64,000 nucleotides of DNA from the NCBI GenBank assembly GCA_964354805.1, contig CAYHBD010000030.1:6800-70799 (forward strand), read 5' to 3'. A program made the translations under genes and the position numbers. The DNA is from an uncultured archaeon (GTDB lineage Archaea; Iainarchaeota; Iainarchaeia; Iainarchaeales; GCA-2688035). Every line of letters starts with the position of its first letter. Positions within the stretch are counted from its first letter, which is position 1. The notes below the pieces were generated by a model that did not search any database, was not told where the DNA came from, and worked only from the letters and a program-made list of their open reading frames with translations. Below, one piece after another: positions 9,709 to 16,610 of this stretch.

Positions 9709-10668
9709 TCAGCTTCTTGCAATTGAGGCGATTTCTTCAAGGCTTTGCGCTTTCTCAAACAGGCGCATTTTTTCTGGGTTCGATGCAAAAAACCTGACTG
9801 CCTGTGTCTTCATCCTGCCCAAATAAGCGCTGATGCCGAACTTTTTGCACAATTCAAGGTATTGCAGGAAAGCCTGCTCCCTGGACAGGAGGTTTGCGCC
9901 ATCAGGCGCGCTTTTCCCAAGGCTTTTTTCCAGCGGGAAAAAAGGCTTGTTGCCCAGAATTTCCGCAAAAATTCCGGGATTGCCTATTGCCGCACTGCCA
10001 ACCATTGCAGCATCACAGCCGGTCTTTTCAAGCATTCGCTCAAAGCTAGGCTTGTTGATTACACCGCCATTCCCTATTACAGGAATGCCAACAGCTTTCT
10101 TGACGCGCTTTATTGCCACAAAGTCAACCAGGCCCCTGTTTTCCTGCTTAATGGTTCGCCCATGCACAGCAATTGCCGAAGCGCCCGCTCTTTCAATCTG
10201 CTTTGCCAGCTTGATTGTGCGCAAAACATTAGGGTCAGACCTTATTTTTGCAGTAACAGGCTTTCCAAGGACATGCCAGCAGGAAATGATTTCGCAAATT
10301 CGCGCAGGCCTCCTCAAAAGCGCGACGCCTGCCCCCTGGTTAAGCACATTACCCGAAGGGCATCCCAGGTTCAAATCCAAAAAATCGAATTCCTTTTCAG
10401 CAATAAGCAGTTCAACCGCCTTTTTCATGCTTTCAACCCTTGCCCCAAAAACCTGCATTGCCAAAGGCCTGTCCTCACCGCAGGTCTGGGCAAGCCTTTT
10501 GACAGAAAGATTGTTCCTTATAAGGGCCTCAGAATTAATCATTTCCGAATAGCACAAGGAAGCGCCCTGCTCCCTGGCCAAAAGCCTGAAGGCAAGGTCA
10601 GTAACCCTGTACATTGGCGCCAAAACAAGCCTGTTTTCCATTTTTGTGCCGGCAATGCTGAAATCCAT
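9709..10668 (-). CDS. dus: tRNA-dihydrouridine synthase (Dus family)
   Basis: LAPMYRVTDLAFR, DLNLGCP and AVHGRT motifs. The start is set at MDFSIAG. The track ORF extends to 10764. Confidence 0.8.
   Translation of the reverse strand: MDFSIAGTKMENRLVLAPMYRVTDLAFRLLAREQGASLCYSEMINSEALIRNNLSVKRLAQTCGEDRPLAMQVFGARVESMKKAVELLIAEKEFDFLDLNLGCPSGNVLNQGAGVALLRRPARICEIISCWHVLGKPVTAKIRSDPNVLRTIKLAKQIERAGASAIAVHGRTIKQENRGLVDFVAIKRVKKAVGIPVIGNGGVINKPSFERMLEKTGCDAAMVGSAAIGNPGIFAEILGNKPFFPLEKSLGKSAPDGANLLSREQAFLQYLELCKKFGISAYLGRMKTQAVRFFASNPEKMRLFEKAQSLEEIASIARS
9908..9949. repeat. Hairpin-repeat family copy inside the Dus coding region, in frame
   Basis: GCGCTTTTCCCAAGGCTTTTTTCCAGCGGGAAAAAAGGCTTG. A 9-bp stem CTTTTTTCC/GGAAAAAAG. 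The core is near-identical to copies at 52784-52815 and 58038-58070. It encodes NKPFFPLEKSLGKS. Confidence 0.75.
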
Positions 10669-10831
10669 TACAAAAACAATACAGAAAAAGACTATATTCC
10701 AATGCCCTAATGCACAGGCTTTTGCCGGAAAGCAGTGAAAAACAAAGGCAAAACCCCAAGCCATCTTCGCTCAGCTTTTAATAAAAGCCGGCAAAAACAG
10801 CCTCGCTTTGCTCGGCGAGCTCGATGGAATA

Positions 10832-10946
10832 AGCCCCGGGAGGGATTTGAACCCTCGACCCCCGGCTATCTCGAATTTTTCTTTTCGCACGCCTTTTTCT
10901 AAAAGGCTTTTACGAGGTCGGTGCTCTACCACTGAGCTACCAGGGC
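10832..10946 (-). tRNA. tRNA-Thr (anticodon CGU) with a 43-nt canonical 37/38 intron
   Basis: Manual cloverleaf: acceptor GCCCTGG/CCGGGGC, D arm GCTC-AGTGGTA-GAGC, anticodon loop CTCGTAA after splicing, T arm GAGGG-TTCAAAT-CCCTC. BHB motif: central helix CTCG/CGAG flanked by 3-nt bulges TAA and ATA. Confidence 0.85.
10868..10910 (-). other. tRNA-Thr intron, made of hairpin-repeat family sequence
   Basis: Sense sequence AAAGCCTTTTAGAAAAAGGCGTGCGAAAAGAAAAATTCGAGAT, with a 7-bp hairpin GCCTTTT/AAAAGGC followed by GCGAAAAG. Confidence 0.8.
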
Positions 10947-11013
10947 GCTTCTTTTCTTTAAAGAAAATTGAATGCAAAACGCTTTTTAATCCCTTTTCCT
11001 TAATTGGTGTAGA

Positions 11014-11946
11014 ATGCCCAAGGATGACCAGCAAAAGGTTGAAGTTTTTCTGCGCGAATTTGTTTCAACTCTTACTGAACAACACGCAAAAGAAATTGAT
11101 TTTATTCTTCTTTTCGGCAGCGCTGCAAGAGGCGAATTTGTTCTGGGAAAAAGCGATGTGGATTTAATAATCCAAGTGAAAAGCGATGAAAAAAGAAAAG
11201 AGGTTGAAGCGTTTGCCGAAAAGGTTTTCTGGCAGCTTGACAGAAAGCACGGCATGCAGCTAAAGCGCGTTTGTAGCACCGGCATTGGGGCAAGCGTTTT
11301 GGAGAATGCAGTTAAAGCGCTTGAAGCCCGGGCGCGGTTGTACAAGCCATTTGAGGTTTTTGGCCCAAAAGACATTGACTGGCGCAGAGGCATGATTAAA
11401 AGGCTTGACTTGCTGCCGGGCGCTTTTCTGGTTGCAAGCCAGCTGACGCTTTTGTACAAAATGAAGAATGAGGGAAAAATTTTATTCGGCAGGGATATTA
11501 GAAAGGAAATAAGGCCGAGGTTCACGCTTTGGGAGAAGCTGAAAAGCCTTTTTGTTCCCCAAAGCATTTCTTTTGCAGCACTGGCACTTTCGCTTTTCTT
11601 GCCAAAAAAAGCAGTTGCTTATGCCGTAAAAGCAATTTTTTATGAGGTTGAATCAGTGAACCTTTTCCTGCAGAACAAAATACCGAAAAAAGGAAAGGCC
11701 TGCTTTTTTGCAAGGGCAACCGAATTCAGAGACCGGTTATTGGATGATCTGCGGTTCTACATTGAACTGCGTTTTGGTTTGCTTGGCGAACAAAAGCTTG
11801 CTTTTGTAAAAAAGGCTGCCGCAGTTAAAAAGAACGGCTTTCAGGGGGGCAGGGTTGCCGCACTGCGCTTTTGCTTTAATGCATTTTGGGTCATTTACAA
11901 CTGCAATTCAAACATTATCCTGAAAACAATTTTTGCAATTGCCTGA
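11014..11946 (+). CDS. Nucleotidyltransferase-domain protein (minimal NTase fold) with a C-terminal extension
   Basis: LFGSAARGEFVLGKSDVDLII matches the GS-x(9-10)-DxD NTase signature. Confidence 0.65.
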   Translation: MPKDDQQKVEVFLREFVSTLTEQHAKEIDFILLFGSAARGEFVLGKSDVDLIIQVKSDEKRKEVEAFAEKVFWQLDRKHGMQLKRVCSTGIGASVLENAVKALEARARLYKPFEVFGPKDIDWRRGMIKRLDLLPGAFLVASQLTLLYKMKNEGKILFGRDIRKEIRPRFTLWEKLKSLFVPQSISFAALALSLFLPKKAVAYAVKAIFYEVESVNLFLQNKIPKKGKACFFARATEFRDRLLDDLRFYIELRFGLLGEQKLAFVKKAAAVKKNGFQGGRVAALRFCFNAFWVIYNCNSNIILKTIFAIA

Positions 11947-12004
11947 AAAACCCCTAACAAAATGTTTAAATATTAGAAACCCGTTCTTTTATCAGGTGAT
12001 TTAA

Positions 12005-12517
12005 TTGAACCAGAGCGGACAGGCTTATAGTGTCTTCAAGTTGCTGATTGCCGCAATCATTGCAGTAGCAATCCTTTACATACTTATTTCAATAATCGGC
12101 GGAATCAATATTTTCGGCAGCGATGTTCAAACCGTTGCAAAGCAAATCATTCAAAAGCAGGTTGACATGCCTGGCCAGCTGGACACAAGCACAGCAGCCG
12201 TTTTCAAAGCAGGAACAAACCTGGCGCCAAGCGCACTGGTTGGAAACAGCGGCCTGACCCCAGACCAGATTTGCCTGTATAAGGGTGACCTGGTTGACAA
12301 CCAAGCAGTGGAAGTTACAGGTAGCACACTAATGCAAAACGGGACAACTGATTTAACAGTGAAAATAAGCGTCATGTGCCACAAGGCAAACGCTTTAGTG
12401 GATGCCCTTGAAGAAGTAGGATTGCCGATTGATTTTGGCGACACAACCACCGGAACTTGTGGATGCAACCTTGATACGCCCCAGAAATGCTGCGTGGTAA
12501 TGCTGAGATTTGCTTAA
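12005..12517 (+). CDS. Type IV pilin-like protein (class III signal peptide)
   Basis: N-terminus MNQSGQAYSVFKLLIAAIIAVAILYILISIIGG: a short charged leader, a G|Q site, then a hydrophobic helix. SD AGGTGA lies upstream of the TTG start. Confidence 0.55.
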   Translation: MNQSGQAYSVFKLLIAAIIAVAILYILISIIGGINIFGSDVQTVAKQIIQKQVDMPGQLDTSTAAVFKAGTNLAPSALVGNSGLTPDQICLYKGDLVDNQAVEVTGSTLMQNGTTDLTVKISVMCHKANALVDALEEVGLPIDFGDTTTGTCGCNLDTPQKCCVVMLRFA

Positions 12518-12556
12518 GCCCTTCTTTTTCTTTCTTTTTTTTCATTTTTGCTGTTA

Positions 12557-12582
12557 TTGGCTTATCCAAGCTTGTAAGCCAA
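12557..12582 (+). terminator. Candidate hairpin after the first pilin gene
   Basis: TTGGCTTA-N10-TAAGCCAA, a perfect 8-bp inverted repeat followed by an AT/T-rich tract. Confidence 0.3.
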
Positions 12583-12748
12583 TTAAATTTTCCTGCAATT
12601 TCTTAACTTTGAATACAAAACAATTAGTTTCAATTTACATTCAAAAAAATCGCATTAATAATTTCAATTTTTCAATTAAATGCCATTTAAGCGAAAACCC
12701 GCCTATCCAAAAAAATTAAATATAGCTTTTACCACAATTATTCTTATT

Positions 12749-12922
12749 ATGTTGGCAGTTGTTAAACGGGCGCTCGGCGAGAGGAGGGCTCAGAGTGAGT
12801 GGAGCAGCGTTTACATGCTGATTGTTTTAATTATCGCTGCCCTTCTTTTGATTGCGGTAATAAAGCCGATGTTCAAGCAAAGCCAGAGCATTGTGCAGAA
12901 AACACAGCCGAAAGCAAGTTAA
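12749..12922 (+). CDS. Small pilin-like protein (class III signal peptide)
   Basis: MLAVVKRALGERRAQSEWSSVYMLIVLIIAALLLIAVI: a basic leader, an A|Q site and a hydrophobic helix. The track ORF starts at 12680. Confidence 0.4.
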   Translation: MLAVVKRALGERRAQSEWSSVYMLIVLIIAALLLIAVIKPMFKQSQSIVQKTQPKAS

Positions 12923-13039
12923 AGAGCCCGAGGAAAAGGAATCCTTGGGAAAAAAAATTAAAAGGTGCAACTAAAATGCCGAACACAACACTGGCAAAGA
13001 GTGCCCAGGACCCAAAATGAATAATAAAGGTGCAAAGAA

Positions 13040-13861
13040 ATGCTGAACAGAAAAGGCCTTGCGAAGCAATTTTCCCAAAGCTTTTTTTCCGAAGGAAAAA
13101 AAGGCTTAGCAAAGCAATTTTTCCCAGGGGTTTTTTGCACGCGAAGCAATTTTCCCATCTTGCAAAACCCAAGGTTTTGCGAGACCTCGCAAAAGCGAAG
13201 CTTTTGCAAGGAGGCTTTTTTTGCAACGGCAAAAAAAGGCTTAAGCGAAAAAGGCCGAGCTGAAAGCCGTTTTCCCTGGGATTTTTTTGCAACAGCAAAA
13301 AAAGGCCAGGAGAGCGCGCCATTTGAGCTGCTGGTTGCTGTAATAATAATGGGCTTTGTCATATTCATTGGAACAAGTGTAATGCAGCAGGTAAATTGCG
13401 AGAAATGCAAGGGCGAAACCAATGCAAAGCTGGATCGAATGGCAACCGCGTTACAGAATGCTGACGAATCAGGCAGTATTCAACCAAACGTAAGTTTTTT
13501 TTTAAGCGGCTGCTTCAACCAACAGGAAGAAAAAATCTGGATTGAGGACGAAGACGATCCCCAAGTGTGTGCTGCCTATCATTGCGGTGAGAAGCAGTTA
13601 TGCACTTTGCTGAAATACTATGGTAATGGCTGCGGCGGGTTCAGCATCATAAAGTGCCTGGATATCACCCCTGACGCCGATTTTCCTTCCATATCAGGGG
13701 GCAGGTGCGAAGAAAGAGATGGAATGCAATTAGTGGATTTCGAGAAAAGGGAGGAGCCGATAGCAACAGGGGGCAACAAGCAGGGCAACTATTTGCTGTG
13801 GAACAAGACAGGGCAGGGCGACACTTTTTCAACAATCTGCGCTTACAGGAAAGAGGGTTGA
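13040..13861 (+). CDS. Cys-rich type IV pilin-like protein whose leader peptide carries a 249-nt repeat array
   Basis: ATG 13040 with SD AAGGTG. Removing 13059-13307 gives MLNRKGQESAPFELLVAVIIMGFVIFIG, a canonical class III signal peptide. The ORF also reads through the array without a stop. Confidence 0.6.
   Translation: MLNRKGLAKQFSQSFFSEGKKGLAKQFFPGVFCTRSNFPILQNPRFCETSQKRSFCKEAFFATAKKGLSEKGRAESRFPWDFFATAKKGQESAPFELLVAVIIMGFVIFIGTSVMQQVNCEKCKGETNAKLDRMATALQNADESGSIQPNVSFFLSGCFNQQEEKIWIEDEDDPQVCAAYHCGEKQLCTLLKYYGNGCGGFSIIKCLDITPDADFPSISGGRCEERDGMQLVDFEKREEPIATGGNKQGNYLLWNKTGQGDTFSTICAYRKEG
13059..13307. repeat. Array of hairpin-repeat family modules (249 nt) flanked by the direct repeat AAAAGGCC
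   Basis: AAAAGGCC occurs at 13051-13058 and 13300-13307. Perfect hairpins: 13081-13090/13094-13103 (10 bp), 13162-13169/13173-13180 (8 bp), 13215-13224/13229-13238 (10 bp), 13282-13290/13295-13303 (9 bp). Confidence 0.85.
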
Positions 13862-13868
13862 TTCAACC

Positions 13869-14531
13869 ATGCTTGGATTCACTTTAAGCAAACTGAATCT
13901 GCTGATTTTGGTGACAGCCTTGTTTGGGATAATTGCATTCTTTTTATTTACGCTAACAGACATGATGGTTGCCAGGTCGGCACAGCAAATGGTCAATGAC
14001 CTTGTTGAAAGAACCAGCGGCATTATGACACCGAGCGTTGACTGCTTTGAGGAAACGGTTACAATACCAGAGGAAATAACCTACTTCAGCGGAAAACGCT
14101 TCTATTACGTAATGAAGATATCAAGGGAGCCGGCTGAATACAACTCGGAATATCTAAGCAAATTGATTTTCAAGGTTGCGGCAAGAAAAGAGCAAACCAA
14201 ATTCATTGCAACAAATAGCTATGACATGAATGCAGAAATCATGCTTTACCAATGGCCTGTTGCAGAAATTAGAACTAACCTAAAAGAGCAAAGCAGCATT
14301 ATACTTGATCCAATGAACGAAACTACTGCAAGCAATTCAGTTAAGTTAATAAAAGAGGTTTATAATAGAAAAAATTTCCTGCACGTAATTGCCTGCAATA
14401 CCGACCAAGGGCAGTGTGAAATGAATGAGGGTTATGCAGGCTGCTGCGTAAAAAAATGGAGGGGCGTTGAATCAAGCTGCCTGCCGCCTGCAGAGAATTG
14501 CGAAAACTTGAGCTGCGATACAAGGGGGTAA
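13869..14531 (+). CDS. Pilin-like protein
   Basis: N-terminus MLGFTLSKLNLLILVTALFGIIAFFLF resembles a G|FTL prepilin motif followed by a hydrophobic helix. The C-terminal part is Cys-rich. Confidence 0.45.
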   Translation: MLGFTLSKLNLLILVTALFGIIAFFLFTLTDMMVARSAQQMVNDLVERTSGIMTPSVDCFEETVTIPEEITYFSGKRFYYVMKISREPAEYNSEYLSKLIFKVAARKEQTKFIATNSYDMNAEIMLYQWPVAEIRTNLKEQSSIILDPMNETTASNSVKLIKEVYNRKNFLHVIACNTDQGQCEMNEGYAGCCVKKWRGVESSCLPPAENCENLSCDTRG

Positions 14532-14536
14532 AAAAA

Positions 14537-15037
14537 ATGAAAAACGGGGGTTTTTTGGGTCCAATTGGGGATGATTTGCCGAGCCTGATTCCGCTGCTTT
14601 TTGCTTTAATGCTTTTTTTTTATGCTTTTACATCTGCTTGGAATAATTTTGACAGGAGGAATGAGGATTTTGCCGATGACCTGGCAGTGCTCAGGGCAAG
14701 CAATGCATTGAGGGGAAACAATTATATTGCGGGAATTGAAAAATTCAATGAAAACTGCGAGACAGCGAAAGGAACCCAGAGAATGCACTTTTTGGCCGGA
14801 TTGCTGCCCTTGCCTACAGGGAAAGATGAGCAATTTGTTGGAATTGATACTGAAAAAATAGTCAGCGGCGATCAAAGCTTTTTTGAAGACTTTCAATGCA
14901 GCAGCACTGAGGAAATACCCGTGCTGGAAAGCGAAAAAAGCGTTGTTAGGTTCTTTCCTGTTGCCTTGGAAACAAAAGAGGAAAACGACAAGTTTTATGT
15001 AAAGCCGATGTTGCTGGTGGTCATTGCATGGAAATAA
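14537..15037 (+). CDS. Pilin-like / membrane-anchored hypothetical protein
   Basis: MKNGGFLGPIGDDLPSLIPLLFALMLFFYAF. Start chosen at ATG 14537. The track ORF starts at 14498. Confidence 0.4.
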   Translation: MKNGGFLGPIGDDLPSLIPLLFALMLFFYAFTSAWNNFDRRNEDFADDLAVLRASNALRGNNYIAGIEKFNENCETAKGTQRMHFLAGLLPLPTGKDEQFVGIDTEKIVSGDQSFFEDFQCSSTEEIPVLESEKSVVRFFPVALETKEENDKFYVKPMLLVVIAWK

Positions 15038-15849
15038 AGCTTGGCGAAAAAGGTCCTGTTTTGCGAAGCCTATTTTCCCCAGGCTTTTGCAACAGCAAAA
15101 GGCTGTTGCGAAGCAAAACCCATTTCCCTGGGATTTTTTGCACGCGAAGCAATTTTCCCAAGGCTTTTTCACGAAGTGAAAAAGGCTTAAGCGAAAAAGG
15201 CCAGTCCAGTTTGACTGATTCCATGTTTTTCCTGGTAATAGCCAGCATTTTGAGCACTTGGCTTTTCTATTCAAGCGCAACCTACGGCCTGACAATAGAC
15301 CAGCAAATTTCAAGGCAGGGCAGGGAGGAATACACCAAGTCTGCGCTTGAAACAATTTTGTACAGCAGCGCGCCGAGGCAGGCAGGCCTTTCTTTGGAAG
15401 AAGCATCAGAGATTGACTACCTGCTTGCGGCAATAAAAGAGGACTACGCTGATGACACTGAACTGGATGAAACAAAAGCAATTCTTTTCCAGAACATAAA
15501 TGCCGTAATGCAGCCGCTTGCAACAAACAGCAACTACCTTTTCTACATATATATTGCTCAAAAAAATAAATTTGTTGTCACTTTTTTGTACGCAAGCGAA
15601 GCAAAAAACGATGACGGCTGGAGCTTAACCGGCAACAAAATTGTTTTTTCCTGCGTGCCGCCAAGCAAGCAGGCAGTGGAAGAATTCCTGCTTACGGTTG
15701 GCAGGATGTCTGTCAGCAACAGCAGAATTCAGCTGCTTGAATCAAAAGAGCCGGCTCCTGACAGATACGATGCCCTAATCACTTTAATCACTTGGATTCC
15801 AACGCCAGTTGATGAAAGCGACCTAAACTGCACTAAATTCACTGGCTGA
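15028..15849 (+). CDS. Type IV pilin-like protein whose leader peptide carries a 147-nt repeat array
   Basis: ATG 15028 with SD GGTGG. Removing 15056-15202 gives MEIKLGEKGQSSLTDSMFFLVIASILSTWLF. The ORF reads through the array in frame. Confidence 0.6.
   Translation: MEIKLGEKGPVLRSLFSPGFCNSKRLLRSKTHFPGIFCTRSNFPKAFSRSEKGLSEKGQSSLTDSMFFLVIASILSTWLFYSSATYGLTIDQQISRQGREEYTKSALETILYSSAPRQAGLSLEEASEIDYLLAAIKEDYADDTELDETKAILFQNINAVMQPLATNSNYLFYIYIAQKNKFVVTFLYASEAKNDDGWSLTGNKIVFSCVPPSKQAVEEFLLTVGRMSVSNSRIQLLESKEPAPDRYDALITLITWIPTPVDESDLNCTKFTG
15056..15202. repeat. Array of hairpin-repeat family modules (147 nt) flanked by GCGAAAAAGGTC / GCGAAAAAGGCC
   Basis: Direct repeats at 15044-15055 and 15191-15202. 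Hairpins at 15084-15090/15095-15101 and 15164-15172/15176-15184. The 27 nt at 15134-15160 are identical to 13131-13157. Confidence 0.85.
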
Positions 15850-16546
15850 ATTTTTTCCCGCAATCAGGACAGACTACTGTTTCAATGCTGCCAATCCTTT
15901 CAACCTTCTTCGCGCAAGAATAACAAAAAGCTGTTCCGCACTCAGGGCAGAAAACCACTTTGCTTGCAGGCTTTGCGCATTTCGGGCACTGCTGTTCCGC
16001 TTCACCAAGATCGCCCAAACTGAATTCTTCACCTTCTTCCTTCTGCACTACACTCTGCGCTCCCTTCTTTTCCTCTGCAAAAATATCCTCAACACTCAAA
16101 GAAGCGAGTTCTTTAGCTTTATCACCCTGCGATTGCCCGGCAATTTGCTTATCCGCTTCTTCAAATTCAGACCATTCCTTTTCATCGCCCTCCGCTGTCT
16201 CCTTTTTCCCTTCCACGGATTCCCTGCCTCTTCTCCTTTCAATCTGTTTGCTGGCCTGCTCCCTTACATCTTTGTCCTTTAATTGCTGGAAAATGTTTTC
16301 TGCAATCTGGTCGTACTCGGCTTTTTCAGGGTATCTTTTGTGCTCTTCCCTGAATTTCCTCACTTCCTGCAAAGTCAAATGCATTGTCACATCCTTATCA
16401 GCCGCCTGTTTAGGCTGATCTTTTGGCATCTGTTCAAACAAATAGTCGGCAACGCCGCCAACTTCCTTTTCGGCTGCCAAACCACCCTTTTGTTCAGCAC
16501 CCTGCCTGTAAAAGCGCTTCATCCTTCTCGGAATTTCCTCAGCCAT
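15839..16546 (-). CDS. Acidic hypothetical protein with a C-terminal zinc-ribbon
   Basis: C-terminus CPKCAKP...CPECGTAFCYSCAKK...CPDCGKKF. Start set at MAEEIPRR, which avoids overlap with glyS. Confidence 0.5.
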   Translation of the reverse strand: MAEEIPRRMKRFYRQGAEQKGGLAAEKEVGGVADYLFEQMPKDQPKQAADKDVTMHLTLQEVRKFREEHKRYPEKAEYDQIAENIFQQLKDKDVREQASKQIERRRGRESVEGKKETAEGDEKEWSEFEEADKQIAGQSQGDKAKELASLSVEDIFAEEKKGAQSVVQKEEGEEFSLGDLGEAEQQCPKCAKPASKVVFCPECGTAFCYSCAKKVERIGSIETVVCPDCGKKFSQ

Positions 16547-16610
16547 AAAAAAACAACCTGCTTTGCTAAAATTCTTTTCCAACCCAAAAAATGCTTCTTT
16601 TTTTCCCGAT

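Noticed and set aside
9745-10710. Plus-strand 321-aa and 239-aa ORFs opposite the Dus gene.
   Set aside because: Dus motifs are unambiguous on the minus strand, and the plus-strand translations are not protein-like.
11565-11720. Possible degenerate copies of the hairpin-repeat family inside the nucleotidyltransferase gene (GCTTTTCTTGCCAAAAAAAGCAG; AAAAAAGGAAAGGCCTGCTTTTTTGCAAGG).
   Set aside because: The similarity is limited to A/T runs next to GC dinucleotides, without the GCGAAG or CCAAGGC flanks. It cannot be distinguished from ordinary K/F-rich coding sequence.
12976-13020. A mini-ORF MPNTTLAKSAQDPK preceded by AAAGGTGCAA, the same SD context as the pilin gene at 13040. It could be a remnant pilin start.
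   Set aside because: It is only 14 codons, with no hydrophobic helix. The similarity is limited to about 10 nt of SD region, which is too little to call a pseudogene.
13059-13307. A possible CRISPR array, because of the many short repeated hairpin units.
   Set aside because: The units are heterogeneous in length and sequence, directly abut one another without unique spacers of constant size, and lie inside an ORF. No cas genes are in the window.
13059-15202. Whether the repeat arrays inside the pilin, Pcc1, NMD3 and Dus genes are BHB introns removed from mRNA by the tRNA splicing endonuclease.
   Set aside because: I could not build a bulge-helix-bulge motif (4-bp central helix flanked by 3-nt bulges) at any of the coding-region junctions, whereas the tRNA copies have clear ones. 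All five coding copies preserve the frame and lack stops, which splicing would not require. This remains an alternative only for the Pcc1 locus, where removing 74 nt would bring an ATG into frame.
14606-15526. A 306-aa minus-strand ORF across two pilin-like genes and the repeat array.
   Set aside because: It is open only because the repeat array and neighbouring sequence are poor in stop triplets in several frames. There is no motif and no start context.
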